64,000 nt of DNA from Macrostomum lignano (taxonomy: Eukaryota): positions 124,001-188,000 of the forward strand of contig NIVC01000767.1 of assembly GCA_002269645.1 (NCBI GenBank), written 5' to 3'. Positions within the stretch are counted from its first letter, which is position 1. Each line of letters opens with the position of its first letter. The notes beneath the pieces are model-generated. The model searched no databases, was not told where the DNA came from, and saw nothing but the letters and a program-made list of their open reading frames with translations. A program made the position numbers and the translations under genes. Shown piece by piece: positions 51,233 to 62,936 of this stretch.

Positions 51233-52830
51233 TTTAAGATTAAGCCTACTATCTATTCTGCAAACAATAACAAAGTAACAATCAATCATATTGATTTATA
51301 TGACAAAATCATTTTTTTTAATTGGCAACTCGCATTGCACAGGGAAAAAAGTTGCCAGATTGGCCTCTGATGGCAAAAATCTAGTTGCCAATAAGATTTT
51401 CAAGGGGCCAAAAATGCCATATGGCCAAAAAAACCAGACAACAATAATGTTATATTAGGGCCTAGCTAGCCCTAGGCCTATTCTTGTTTAGAATATTTCG
51501 TAGGCCTAGTCTTATCTTAGCCCTAGGCCTTGCATAGGCCTAAGCATAGATTTTTTTGAGCTGAGCTCAACTCAAGTATTTTGTATTCTAGGACCATTAT
51601 TCATTAGACTATTTTACATAATTATAGTTTATCACATAATTATTATCATAATAGTTATAAACAATAAATGACTATAATTAGGAAGGTAATATAGCCATTA
51701 GACATAGGCTGCACCATAGATAGGGCCTACTGTATTCTGTATATATAGCATGCACCAAAATATTTTTTAGAGAACAATCTAGACCTAGTGCTAGGCCTAC
51801 CTAAATACTAATTGTGCACTTTTTCTATGCCTTAGTTCATAGTAAGTAAAGGCAAAGCTATAAAAATATAAAGCATATATTAATATATATAAATAAAACA
51901 TTTATATTTATATAATACTATTGAATAAAGTACTTTGCATTTTGAATATTCACTTAAGTACTTATATCTATTTTATAACATAAGCATAGCTACATTCTAG
52001 ATTATGTTAGATGCATCTCATATACTAAAACTAAATACTTATAAAATATATGCACCAAACTAAATATATGTCAAAAATGCTATTATGAACATGAAGGGTA
52101 TCTTTTGGAATATGATTAGACTATATAAGCAAATATAGCTAGCTATAGAGTAGACTATAGTTTCCTATTTAACATTTTAATAATATCACAATAAATTTTG
52201 GTCCTATGGGCCTAGGCTCTCTAATTAGACCTATGCCTATATAGTGACTTAAAAATTTTGTTTTAATAGGGGGCCTAGTCTTTGTAGGTTTAAAGCTTTG
52301 CATAAAAATATATTTTAGGTTTTATTATATTTTATAATTAATTTTGAGCTAGAAATTGCTATATCATTGAATTTGTTAACTAATAATATCTAATATATGA
52401 GCATATATAAAGATTATAAATGATTAGTATTTTTGAGATTAGATGGGATTGCAATCCTATTCTAGATATTATCAACTTTTCCAACTTGAATAAATCAGAG
52501 GCTTAATAGTATTAAGGGTAGAGTTAAAATGTTTTATTGATACTAGCTAGCATCCTAGTTTTCAATTTTGCATCTTGAATTTGGACCTAGGAAGTCAATT
52601 ACTATGATTCTGGCACTTAGAACCACATATTTATGCTGATATGTTAAGGCTTACAGTGGAATTGATGGCATGTCAAGGCTGAAAGGTCAAGCAATGCAAT
52701 GTGTAGTTTATTCAAACAAGAATTATTCTATTCTATTTGTTGCCTCCCTAACTGGGGGCGCTGATTGCTAGTATATTACTAACAGTAGCTGATAAAAACA
52801 TGATGATCTTCTGTGCAGAGGCAGCTCGAG

Positions 52831-53677
52831 ATGTCTAAGTGGTTCACAGGACTAGCTGGCAAAGCTGAGGACTTTCTCAACACTCTGGACACCTCCGCTG
52901 CCAGCGCTCTCAACAAATCTGGCCATGCTGACCCCGAATCGGCCGCTAGCAGCTCCTCCCCCGCCGCCGGCCTCCCACCTCCGCCGCTGCCGCCGCCTCC
53001 GCTGGTGGTGGATCCGCCAGCCGGCACAGTCCGCTTGGCCGGAGCCCCAGCCAGGCCTCTCTTGGCTCCGCAGCCGTCCGGCCTGCCCCGCCATCTGCCA
53101 GCGGCTCAAATAAGCGAGTTGATAAAGATGCGGAACTAATGGATCTGTTGAATTCTGAAGCGCCATTGGACTCTCTGGTTAGCGGCAGGCAGTCAGCTGG
53201 TTCGATGCTATCGTCTACTCCAACTCCGACTGGCGCAGAATCAGCGCCGCCGCAGCCACCGCCGCCAAAGGTTTCAGCTCAGCACAGCCGGCAGTCTAGC
53301 GTGGCTTCCAGCTTCTCCAAATATTCGGCCTCCGAGATCAAAGCCGAAATGGCGGCGGCGGCGGCAGCGGCATCGTCGTCTGCTCACGTCTCGACGTCGG
53401 TCACTGGCGCAGTTTCGACATTCGTGTCTCAGTCGGCGCCGACACCCGCTGCCTCCGCCTCGGCCGCCTCCGTAGTGATGACTGAGGACAATCCGCCAGC
53501 GGAGATCGAGAACAAACTGTTGCGCAGCGAGATCTCCTCGCTAAATCAAGAGTTATCTTCGTTGTTAAAGAGAAATCAATCTGCTCAGGATGCTTCACGG
53601 CGGCTCGAGGCTGATTTGACCAAATGTCGGCAACAGTTGAAACAGGCCGAGGAGGCTGTTGCAGCTGGTCAGGCCAG
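52831..53677 (+). CDS. GOLGA5: Golgin-84 first coding exon (apparent 1-nt frameshift near 52950-52985)
   Basis: MSKWFTGLAGKAEDFLNTLDTSAASAL matches the golgin-84 N-terminal motif. DAELMDLLNS and the coiled coil lie in a different frame. Donor AG|gtgaat, phase 2. Confidence 0.85.
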
Positions 53678-53879
53678 GTGAATTTTCATTTGATTTTTTA
53701 TTATACATTTGTTAACTGTTTCAGAAGACTTCTTCAATGCCAGTAGTGTGAATGTTCGTTTCTAGTTCTGACGCATCTTATTATCTTTTTTCACAACTGT
53801 TGCATATAGTAGTCCCCTTAACTCCTTATTCACTTTTTTTATATTTGCGTGCCATGCCATTGTCTAGCCTGCCTCTTCC

Positions 53880-54050
53880 TTACCTACCCCTCCTCATCTA
53901 CCCCTCGTCATCTACCCCTCCTCATCTACCACTCCTCATCTACCCCTCCTCATCTACCACTCCTCATCTACCCCTCATCTACCCCTCCTCATCTTCCCCT
54001 CGTCATCCACCCCTCCTCATCTACCCCTCATCTACCCCTCATCTATCTCC
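53880..54050. repeat. Pyrimidine-rich ctacccctcctcat repeat
   Basis: GOLGA5 intron 1. Confidence 0.85.
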
Positions 54051-54115
54051 CCCGCCACACCTAAATTTTCGCTTCCTCACTCCCCTATCGCGCATTCTCA
54101 ACTGTAACGCCGCAG

Positions 54116-54332
54116 GGAGCAGCAGCTGTCCGATCTGCTGCACAGCCGGGACGCTCAAATAGCAGAGATGTCCAGCGCTCACGAGGCTCTGCGCGATCAA
54201 CTCGAATTGATGCGCGCCGACAGCACCCGGTCGGCCGGCTTTCAACAAGCCGCTTTCGACGAGCTTAACGAACGGCTGCGCCAGGCCGAGGCTCGACTAG
54301 AGCAGGAGCGAGCGGCTTCAGCCAGCCTGCAG
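54116..54332 (+). CDS. GOLGA5: Golgin-84 exon
   Basis: cgcag|G...CAG|gttcga; REQQLSDLLHSRDAQIAEM... coiled coil; phase 2 to 0. Confidence 0.85.
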
Positions 54333-54384
54333 GTTCGAGTCCGCTGGGCTTGTCTTGTTGCCGAATGGGACTTATAAACGCCTG

Positions 54385-54695
54385 ACTTAGTGTGTCTTAG
54401 TGTCTGACTTAATGTGTCTTAGTGTCTGACTTAATGTGTCTTAGTGTCTGACTTAGTGTGTCTTAAAGTCTGAGTTAATGTGTCTTAGTGCCTGACTTAA
54501 TGTGTCTTAGAGTCTGACTTAATGTGTCTTAGTGTCTGACTTAGTGTGTCTTAGTGTCTGACTTAGTGTGTCTTAAAGTCTGACTTAATGTGTCTTAGTG
54601 CCTGACTTAGTGTGTCTTAGTGTCTGACTTAATGTGTCTTAGTGTCTGACTTAGTGTGTCTTAGTGTCTGTCTCAGTGTGTCTTAGTTTCTGACT
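54385..54695. repeat. 22-bp minisatellite
   Basis: Unit ttagtgtctgacttaatgtgtc; GOLGA5 intron. Confidence 0.92.
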
Positions 54696-54810
54696 CTGTG
54701 AGTCCAGAGTGAGTTTTTGACTCACTTTAATTGACGTATGATCTATCCCAAGTTGTCATGCCAATCAATTAATTGGTCACCAACCCTCAACCCCCCCCCC
54801 CTCCACATAG

Positions 54811-55002
54811 GCCGACCTTCGCCGACTCCGCCAGGACGCCGAGCAGCAGCAGGCGATGAGCGCGCAGGCTGGTCGCGCCCTGGCCGAAGAGCAGCGCCGA
54901 CAGCGCGCACAGGCCCTGGAATTGGAGGCCGCTCAGCGCCGCTGCCAGCAGGCTCAGGCTGAGCTGCGCGACTATAAAGAGAAGGCTGGCAGGATTCTGC
55001 AG
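54811..55002 (+). CDS. GOLGA5: Golgin-84 exon
   Basis: acatag|GCC...CAG|gtgaga; ends ELRDYKEKAGRILQ (conserved golgin-84 motif). Confidence 0.9.
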
Positions 55003-55049
55003 GTGAGACTTGTGGCCTAGTTTATTGAGCTGGATTGATAGTGCCACCT

Positions 55050-55925
55050 TGGTGAATGTGACAGATTGGTGTTGAATGTGACATTGGTATGAATGTGACA
55101 GACTGGTATTGAATGTGACAGATTGGTATTGAATGTGACAGATTGGTATTGAATGTAATAGACTGGTATTGAATGTTACAGATTGATATTGAATGTTACA
55201 GATTGGTATTGAATGTGACAGATTGGTATTGAATGTGACAGATTGGTGTTGAATGTGACAGATAGGTATTGAATATGACAGATTGGTGTTGAATGTGACA
55301 GATAGGTATTGAATGTGACAGACTGGTATTGAATGTTACAGATTGATATTGAATGTTACAGATTGGTATTGAATGTGACAGATTGGTATTGAATGTGACA
55401 GATTGGTGTTGAATGTGACAGATAGGTATTGAATTTGACAGACTGGTATTGAATGTTACAGATTGATATTGAATGTGACAGATTGATATTGAATGTTACA
55501 GATTGGTATTGAATGTTACAGATTGGTGTTGAATGTTACAGATTGGTATTGAATCTGACAGATTGGTATTGAATTAGACAGACTGGTATTGACTGTGACA
55601 TTGGTATGAATGTGACAGATTGGTATTGAATGTGGCAGATTGGTATTGAAAGTGACAAGTTGATAATAGATGTGACAGATTGGTATTGAAAGTGACAGAT
55701 AGGTATTGAATGTTACAGATTGGTATTGAATGTGACAGATTTGTAGTATTGAATGTGACAGATTGGTAGTATTGAATGTTACAGATTTATAGTATTGAAT
55801 GTGACATATTGGTAGTATTGAATGTGACAGATTGGTAGTATTGAATGTTACAGATTTGTAGTGTTGAATGTGACAGATTGGTAGTATTGAATGTGACAGA
55901 TTGGTAGTATTGAATGTGACAAAAT
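55050..55925. repeat. 20-23-bp minisatellite
   Basis: Unit gaatgtgacagattggtatt; GOLGA5 intron. Confidence 0.95.
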
Positions 55926-55966
55926 GATATTTTAAATGCAAAACATTCAAACGCTCCCAACCGCAG

Positions 55967-56299
55967 GTGAAGGACAAAATGATCGCCACACTGAAGAAAG
56001 GCAACGGCAGCGAAGGTGGCAACGGTGGCGGCGGCCTCCCAGACGCTGCTGATGCCGCCGTAGGCAGTTCAGTAGCTGAACTGTCTGCCGAAGTTGACGC
56101 CCTTCGACAGGAGCGCGAACTGCTGCGCGAAGAGGCCCAGCGAGCTAAACTAGCCGCCGAAGGCCTTCGCTGCGATGTTGAAGATCTCGAAGCTCAGATG
56201 CAGTCGGAGAGCGAAACCTTTCGCAAGACAATGTCGGGATTGGAGGCTCAGCTGGAGTCTGAGAGGCTGGCTAGGCTGGCTGCGGAAGAGGAGGCCCAG
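55967..56299 (+). CDS. GOLGA5: Golgin-84 exon
   Basis: ccgcag|GTG...CAG|gtttga; VKDKMIATLKKG...coiled coil; phase 0 to 0. Confidence 0.88.
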
Positions 56300-56339
56300 G
56301 TTTGACTTGCTTTACTCTTGTGCTTGTGATTCACTCTGG

Positions 56340-57400
56340 CATGATTAGCTGTCATGTCACACTAACATGATTAGCTGTCATGTCACACTAACATGATTAG
56401 CTGTCATGTCACACTAACATGATTAGCTGTCATGTCACACTAACATGATTAGCTGTCATGTCACACTGACATGATTAGCTGTCATGTCACACTAACATGA
56501 TTAGCTGTCATGTCACACTAACATGATTAGCTGTCATGTCATACTGACATGATTAGCTGTCACGTCACACTAACATGATTAGCTGTCATGTCACACTAAC
56601 ATGATTAGCTGTCATGTCACACTAACATGATTAGCTGTCATGTCACACTGACATGATTAGCTGTCACGTCACACTAACATGATTAGCTGTCATGTCACAC
56701 TGACATGATTAGCTGTCACGTCACACTAACATGATTAGCTGTCATGTCACACTAACATGATTAGCTGTCATGTCACACTAACATGATTAGCTGTCATGTC
56801 ACACTAACATGATAAGCTGTCATATTACTTGATTGATTATGATTTGCTGTCATGTCACACTAACATGATAAGCTGTCATATTACTTGATTGATTATGATT
56901 GGCTGTCATGTCACACTAACATGATAAGCTGTCATATTACTTGATTGATTATGATTTGCTGTCATGTCACACTAACATGATAAGCTGTCATATTACTTGA
57001 TTGATTATGATTTGCTGTCATGTCACACTAACATGATAAGCTGTCATATTACTTGATTGATTATGATTTGCTGTCATGTCACACTAACATGATAAGCTGT
57101 CATATTACTTGATTGATTATGATTTGCTGTCATGTCACACTAACATGATAAGCTGTCATATTACTTGATTGATTATGATTGGCTGTCATGTCACACTAAC
57201 ATGATAAGCTGTCATATTACTTGATTGATTATGATTTGCTGTCATGTCACACTAACATGATAAGCTGTCATATTACTTGATTGATTATGATTGGCTGTCA
57301 TGTTGCCATGACATGATTGGCTGCCATGTTTGCCATGATATGATTGGCTGTGATGTCACCAACATGATTGGCTGCCATGTTTGCCATGACATGATTGGCT
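56340..57400. repeat. 26-bp array grading into a 56-bp composite array
   Basis: catgattagctgtcatgtcacactaa, then an extended unit; GOLGA5 intron. Confidence 0.95.
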
Positions 57401-57419
57401 ATTCCCCTCCCCACTACAG

Positions 57420-57641
57420 GCGGCCAGACGCGAGGCCAGCCAGCAACGGGATCTGTGGCTTCGCGACAAATCCGAGCTCAGCCAACGCCTCGCCCAAGCC
57501 GAGGCCGAGCTTGACGCGCTAAGGCGCCAATCGGCGCCCCAGTTGCTCCGGTCTGGTGCTGGCACTTCTGTCGCATCTGGCGGTCAGGATGGCGGCGAAT
57601 TAGAAGCCAGAATTCGATCGCTAACGGAGAGTCTGATCCAG
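57420..57641 (+). CDS. GOLGA5: Golgin-84 exon
   Basis: actacag|GCG...CAG|gtgagc; ends ELEARIRSLTESLIQ (conserved). Confidence 0.88.
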
Positions 57642-57807
57642 GTGAGCGGTTAGAACTGCAGTAAGGGCTATCTAGGCTCAAACTAGGGCCTGTGGGATGA
57701 TTTCGCCGACGACTACACTATATAATCTGTGACTTCCATTGGTTGGCCAATCGTAATTTAGACTCAAATTAAATACTTTTTTAACCCCGATACTCCAATC
57801 TGAGCAG

Positions 57808-58004
57808 AAGCAGACGGCTCTGGAGTCGAGCAACGCCGAGAAAGCCAGTCTCAGACTGATGGTGGAGCAGCTGGAGTCTCGCCTATCAGAACGGACCCAT
57901 CACGCCACGTCGCTTGCCCAGGAGTCGGGCCTGTCGTCCAGATCTTCGCAGGCGCCCCAGTCTGATTATATCCGCATTCACATGCAGGATCCGCCCTATG
58001 CAAG
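57808..58004 (+). CDS. GOLGA5: Golgin-84 exon
   Basis: gagcag|AAG...AG|gtttgt; KQTALESSNAEKASLRLMVEQLE (conserved); phase 0 to 2. Confidence 0.85.
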
Positions 58005-58024
58005 GTTTGTTGGGTGATGCTGCG

Positions 58025-59050
58025 ATCTAAACAGTTGTCCATTGATCTAAGCAGCTGTCTATTATTGATCTAAACAGCAGTCTATTATTGATCTAAACGG
58101 CTGTCTATTATTGATCTAAACAGCAGTCTATTATTGATCTAAACATCTGTCCATTGATCTAAACAGCTGTCCATTGATCTAAGCAGTTGTCTATTGATCT
58201 AAACAGCTGTCCATTGATCTAAACAGCTGTCCATTGATCTAAGCAGTTGTCCATTGATCTAAACATCTGTCCATTGATCTAAGCAGTTGTCCATTGATCT
58301 AAACATCTGTCCATTGATCTAAGCAGTTGTCCATTGATCTAAACAGCTGTCCATTGATCTAAACAGCTGTCCATTGATCTAAACAGCTGTCCATTGATCT
58401 AAACAGCTGTCCATTGATCTAAGCAGTTGTCCATTGATCTAAACATCTGTCCATTGATCTAAACATCTGTCCATTGATCTAAGCAGTTGTCCATTGATCT
58501 AAACAGTTGTCCATTGATCTAAGCAGTTGTCCATTGATCTAAGCAGTTGTCCATTGATCTAAACATCTGTCCATTGATCTAAACATCTGTCCATTGATCT
58601 AAACATCTGTCCATTGATCTAAACAGCAGTCTATTCTTGATCTAAACAGCAGTCTATTATTGATCTAAACATCTGTCCATTGATCTAAACAGCAGTCTAT
58701 TATTGATCTAAACATCTGTCCATTGATCTAAACAGCAGTCTATTATTGATCTAAACATCTGTCCATTGATCTAAACAGCTGTCTATTATTGATCTAAACA
58801 GCTGTCCATTGATCTAAACAGCTGTCTATTATTGATCTAAACAGCAGTCTATTATTGATCTAAACATCTGTCCATTGATCTAAACAGCAGTCTATTATTG
58901 ATCTAAACAGCTGTCTATTGTTGATCTAAACGGCTGTCTATTATTGATCTAAACATCTGTTTATTATTGATCTAAACAGCAGTCTATTATTGATCTAAAC
59001 AGCTGTCTATTATTGATCTAAACAGCAGTCTATTATTGATCTAAACAGCA
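58025..59050. repeat. 20/23-bp minisatellite
   Basis: Unit ttgatctaaacagctgtcca; GOLGA5 last intron. Confidence 0.95.
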
Positions 59051-59077
59051 TTTTCAACACTCAAAAACATTTGCCAG

Positions 59078-59330
59078 ACACATGAAACGGGCAGTGAACA
59101 CGCTGGACAAGGCCGGAGTTAAACTAGGCGTATTCCTGCGCCGCTATCCAATGGCCCGGATGCTATTTTTAGCTTACATAGGCCTGCTTCACCTGTGGGT
59201 ATTGCTGGTGCTGCTCACCTACCAGCCGGAGATGCACCAGCGCGGTTACAATGACGCTTTGCCTCAGCCGCCTGGCGCCCCGGCGCTCGCTTCCGCGGCT
59301 GGCAGCAGCTTGGCCTCAAACTCTAGCTGA
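59078..59330 (+). CDS. GOLGA5: Golgin-84 last exon (C-terminal TM anchor)
   Basis: ttgccag|A; LGVFLRRYPMARMLFLAYIGLLHLWVLLVLLTYQPEMH is the golgin-84/CASP C-terminal signature. Confidence 0.95.
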
Positions 59331-59834
59331 TGTTTATATTGTTCTATATAGCCTACTTTCCTGTGGTTTGGTTCTGGCCAGTAGTATAGTATGGATTTTA
59401 CAATATTAATTGACTTTTTCAACAATTGTCGCTTTCAGTTAAATTCATTTTTTATCTCTTCGTCGGTGACTGATGCATCTTGTACATCTATAATATTATT
59501 GTAGAATCATATGTGAATTGTATTTTGCCTAAGATACTACTAACTATTCAGAATGCGCGCTGTCTATCCGGTCTGCTAACTGGTCACGGGGTGTAGAAAT
59601 TCGCCTTACATACTTATTGATTAAATTGTTGACTAGTAAGCTAAGTGTATATAAACTGGCCCTCGAAATGCTAAACTGTTCCTTTTCTGTGATGCCTGCG
59701 GAGCACAAGTTTCAAGCCTTGATGTTAATAATCTGTTTATCTTTTCAAAACTGTCGGTTCCCTTGTAAAAAAGCCTAGGTTAATAAGGATATAATATTGA
59801 AGTGTTTAACTATAAGTAACATATTTTATTGTTA

Positions 59835-60745
59835 AAATCCAGTCTGACACATTTCCCCACATGAATCCAGTCTGACACATTTCCCCACATGAATCCAGTC
59901 TGACACATTTCCCTACCTGAACCCAGTCTGACACAATGTCATGCCTGAACCCAGTCTGATACAATGTCATGCCTGAACCCAGTCTGACACAATGTCATGC
60001 CTGAACCAAGTCTGACACAATGTCACGCCTGAACCCAGTCTGACACAATGTCACGCCTGAACCCAATCTGACACAATGTCATGCCTGAACCCAGTCTGAT
60101 ACAATGTCACGCCTGAACCCAATCTGACACAATGTCATGCCTGAACCCAGTCTGACACAATGTCATGCCTGAACCCAGTCTGACACAATGTCATGCCTGA
60201 ACCCAGTCTGACACAATGTCACGCCTGAACCCAATCTGACACAATGTCATGCCTGAACCCAGTCTGATACAATGTCACGCCTAAACCCAGTCTGACACAA
60301 TGTCATGCCTGAACCCAGTCTGATACAATGTCACGCCTGAACCCAGTCTGACACATTGTCACGCCTGAACCCAGTCTGACACAATATCACGCTTGAACCC
60401 AGTCTGACACAATGTCACGCCTGAACCCAGTCTGACACAATGTCATGCCTGAACCTAGTCTGACACAATGTCATGCCTGAACCCAGTCTGACACAATGTC
60501 ATGTCTGAACCCAGTCTGACACAATGTCACGCCTGAACCCAGTCTGACACAATGTCACGCCTGAACCCAGTCTGACACAATATCATGCCTGAACCCAGTC
60601 TGACACAATGTCACGCCTGAACCCAGTCTGACACAATGTCACGCCTGAACCCAGTCTGACACAATGTCACGCCTGAACCCAGTCTGACACAATGTCATGC
60701 CTGAACCCAGTCTGACATGTTTCCTTACCTGAACCCTGTCGGACA
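59835..60745. repeat. 28-bp minisatellite between GOLGA5 and the ZnF gene
   Basis: Unit ccagtctgacacaatgtca(t/c)gcctgaac. Confidence 0.96.
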
Positions 60746-60838
60746 CCTTTCTTGGTGGAACTTCAAATGCTATTTACTCTCCAGACCTGAAGGCTGTAAT
60801 TACTATTTCATTTGATTACATTGTGTCCTTCAGTCGCC

Positions 60839-61347
60839 ATGGCAACGCCGGCCAAGCTTTTGATTGGCGAACGCTTCGACGGCAATGGCAATCTGCAAGC
60901 AGATCCCGTCTCCGCCGTGGCCGTTCCCAGCTTCTCTTTGATGACGGATTGTGCCGACAATTTAATTGACAGCTCGGCATCGTCGGCTTCGCATCAATTT
61001 CAGGAAATCTTTCCTCCCCTCGCCGACATCGACATCGGCGCGTACGGAGACGACAGCGGCGGTGGCGGCGGAAGCGAGAGCTTCGACGCCGAGGACGCCG
61101 TGAACCGCCTGATTAGCTTGGCCAGTCCGTCGGCAGACTCGCCGGCGGTGCTGACTGCTGCACCAGCCGACTATGACAGCTCGGCGAACGGCGGCAATAT
61201 CGGCGTCGAGCTGCTGCTCTCTGCCGGCTCCGAACTTGTGGCCGCCTCTGCCGAGTTCTGCCTGTGCGCCAACTGCGGCCTGTGCTGCCAAGGCGCTGAC
61301 CGGATGCGGGCGCATAAAACCGCCAGCGGCCATCTGGGCTTTCTCAG
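60839..61347 (+). CDS. C2H2 zinc-finger protein, exon 1
   Basis: cttcag|tcgccATG; acidic low-complexity N-terminus, then CANC-x12-HKTASGH. Donor AG|gtgtca, phase 2. Confidence 0.7.
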
Positions 61348-61464
61348 GTGTCAGATGGTTGCTATGCTCACGTTTTTGCTGGGGGGGGGGTTGGGCTTCT
61401 GTAGCCGAGCAGTTCTTGAGCGAGGGTCGCTTCGCTAAGCAGTTTTACCTATCTATTATGTGTT

Positions 61465-61468
61465 TTTG

Positions 61469-61525
<57 letters not shown>

Positions 61526-61552
61526 TAGTGTCTGTCTGTCTGTCTGTCTTAG

Positions 61553-61621
<69 letters not shown>

Positions 61622-61724
61622 GCTTGTCTGTCTGTCTGCTTGTCTGTCTGTCTGTCTGTCTGCTTGTCTGTCAGTCTGTCTGTCTGTCTGTCTGTCTGTC
61701 TGCCTGTCTGTCTGTCTGCCTGCC

Positions 61725-61769
<45 letters not shown>

Positions 61770-61796
61770 GCCTGTCTGTCTGTCTGCCTGTCTGCC

Positions 61797-61853
<57 letters not shown>

Positions 61854-61856
61854 TAG

Positions 61857-61893
<37 letters not shown>

Positions 61894-62024
61894 TAGTGTC
61901 TGTCTGTCTGTCTGTGTCTGTCTGTCTGTCTGTCTGTCTGTCTTAGTGTCTGTCTGTCTGTCTGTCTGTCTTAGTGTCTGTCTGTCTGTCTGTGTCTGTC
62001 TGTCTGTCTGTCTGTCTGTCTTAG

Positions 62025-62089
<65 letters not shown>

Positions 62090-62148
62090 TAGTGTCTGTC
62101 TGTCTGTCTGTCTTAGTGTCTGTCTGTCTGTCTGTCTGTCTGTCTTAG

Positions 62149-62187
<39 letters not shown>

Positions 62188-62242
62188 GTGTCTGTCTGTC
62201 TGTCTGTCTTAGTGTCTGTCTGTCTGTCTTAGTGTCTGTCTA

Positions 62243-62340
<98 letters not shown>
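61465..62340. repeat. (TCTG)n in the ZnF gene intron
   Basis: With TTAGTG interruptions. Confidence 0.97.
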
Positions 62341-62355
62341 CATCTCCTCCCCCAG

Positions 62356-62923
62356 AGCCGACCCAGCCGACACATTCAAATGCGCCCAGTGCGCGGATCA
62401 GTTGGAATCCCGCCAGGCCGTGCTCCGCCACGTCGCTCTGCACGGTCATGAGCGCTACCAGAAGAAGCGCCCGAAGATGACGGCGCCGCCTGCGGGTGCG
62501 GCTGTGGCGGCAGCGCCGAGCGCGCCATCCGGGCCCTTTGACTGCGCCGTGTGCGGCCGCGGCCTCACCGCGGTGTCGGACCTGACAGCGCACGCCGCCC
62601 AGACCGGCCATTCGCAGTTCAAAGCCCAGCGCCGTCTCAGCCGAGGCCAGGAAGCTCTTCCAGCACAGTCGAAGCCGGCCGAGCCGCCGGCTGCAGTCGG
62701 AAGCTCGCGGCCTTCCCCAGTGGTGACTCTGGGCCCGTCCGAGCAGCTGTCCGTGTGCCTGCAGTGCACAGCCTGGACTGCCGGAGTTGTTGCTCAGAAT
62801 GAGCACGGCAAACGGACTGGCCATTATTCGTTTCAGACTGTTCAGCACCGGAGCGGCGTCAGCGGCGGGCCGACCTCCTACAAGTGTCTGCTGTGCCACC
62901 AGCGAATGAGCACGCCTGGACAG
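62356..62923 (+). CDS. C2H2 zinc-finger protein, exon 2 (gene continues beyond window)
   Basis: ccccag|A, phase 2. FKCAQC...HVALHGH, CAVC...HAAQTGH, CLQC...HGKRTGH, then CLLC interrupted by donor CAG|gtgagc. Confidence 0.8.
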
Positions 62924-62936
62924 GTGAGCTTGTGGG

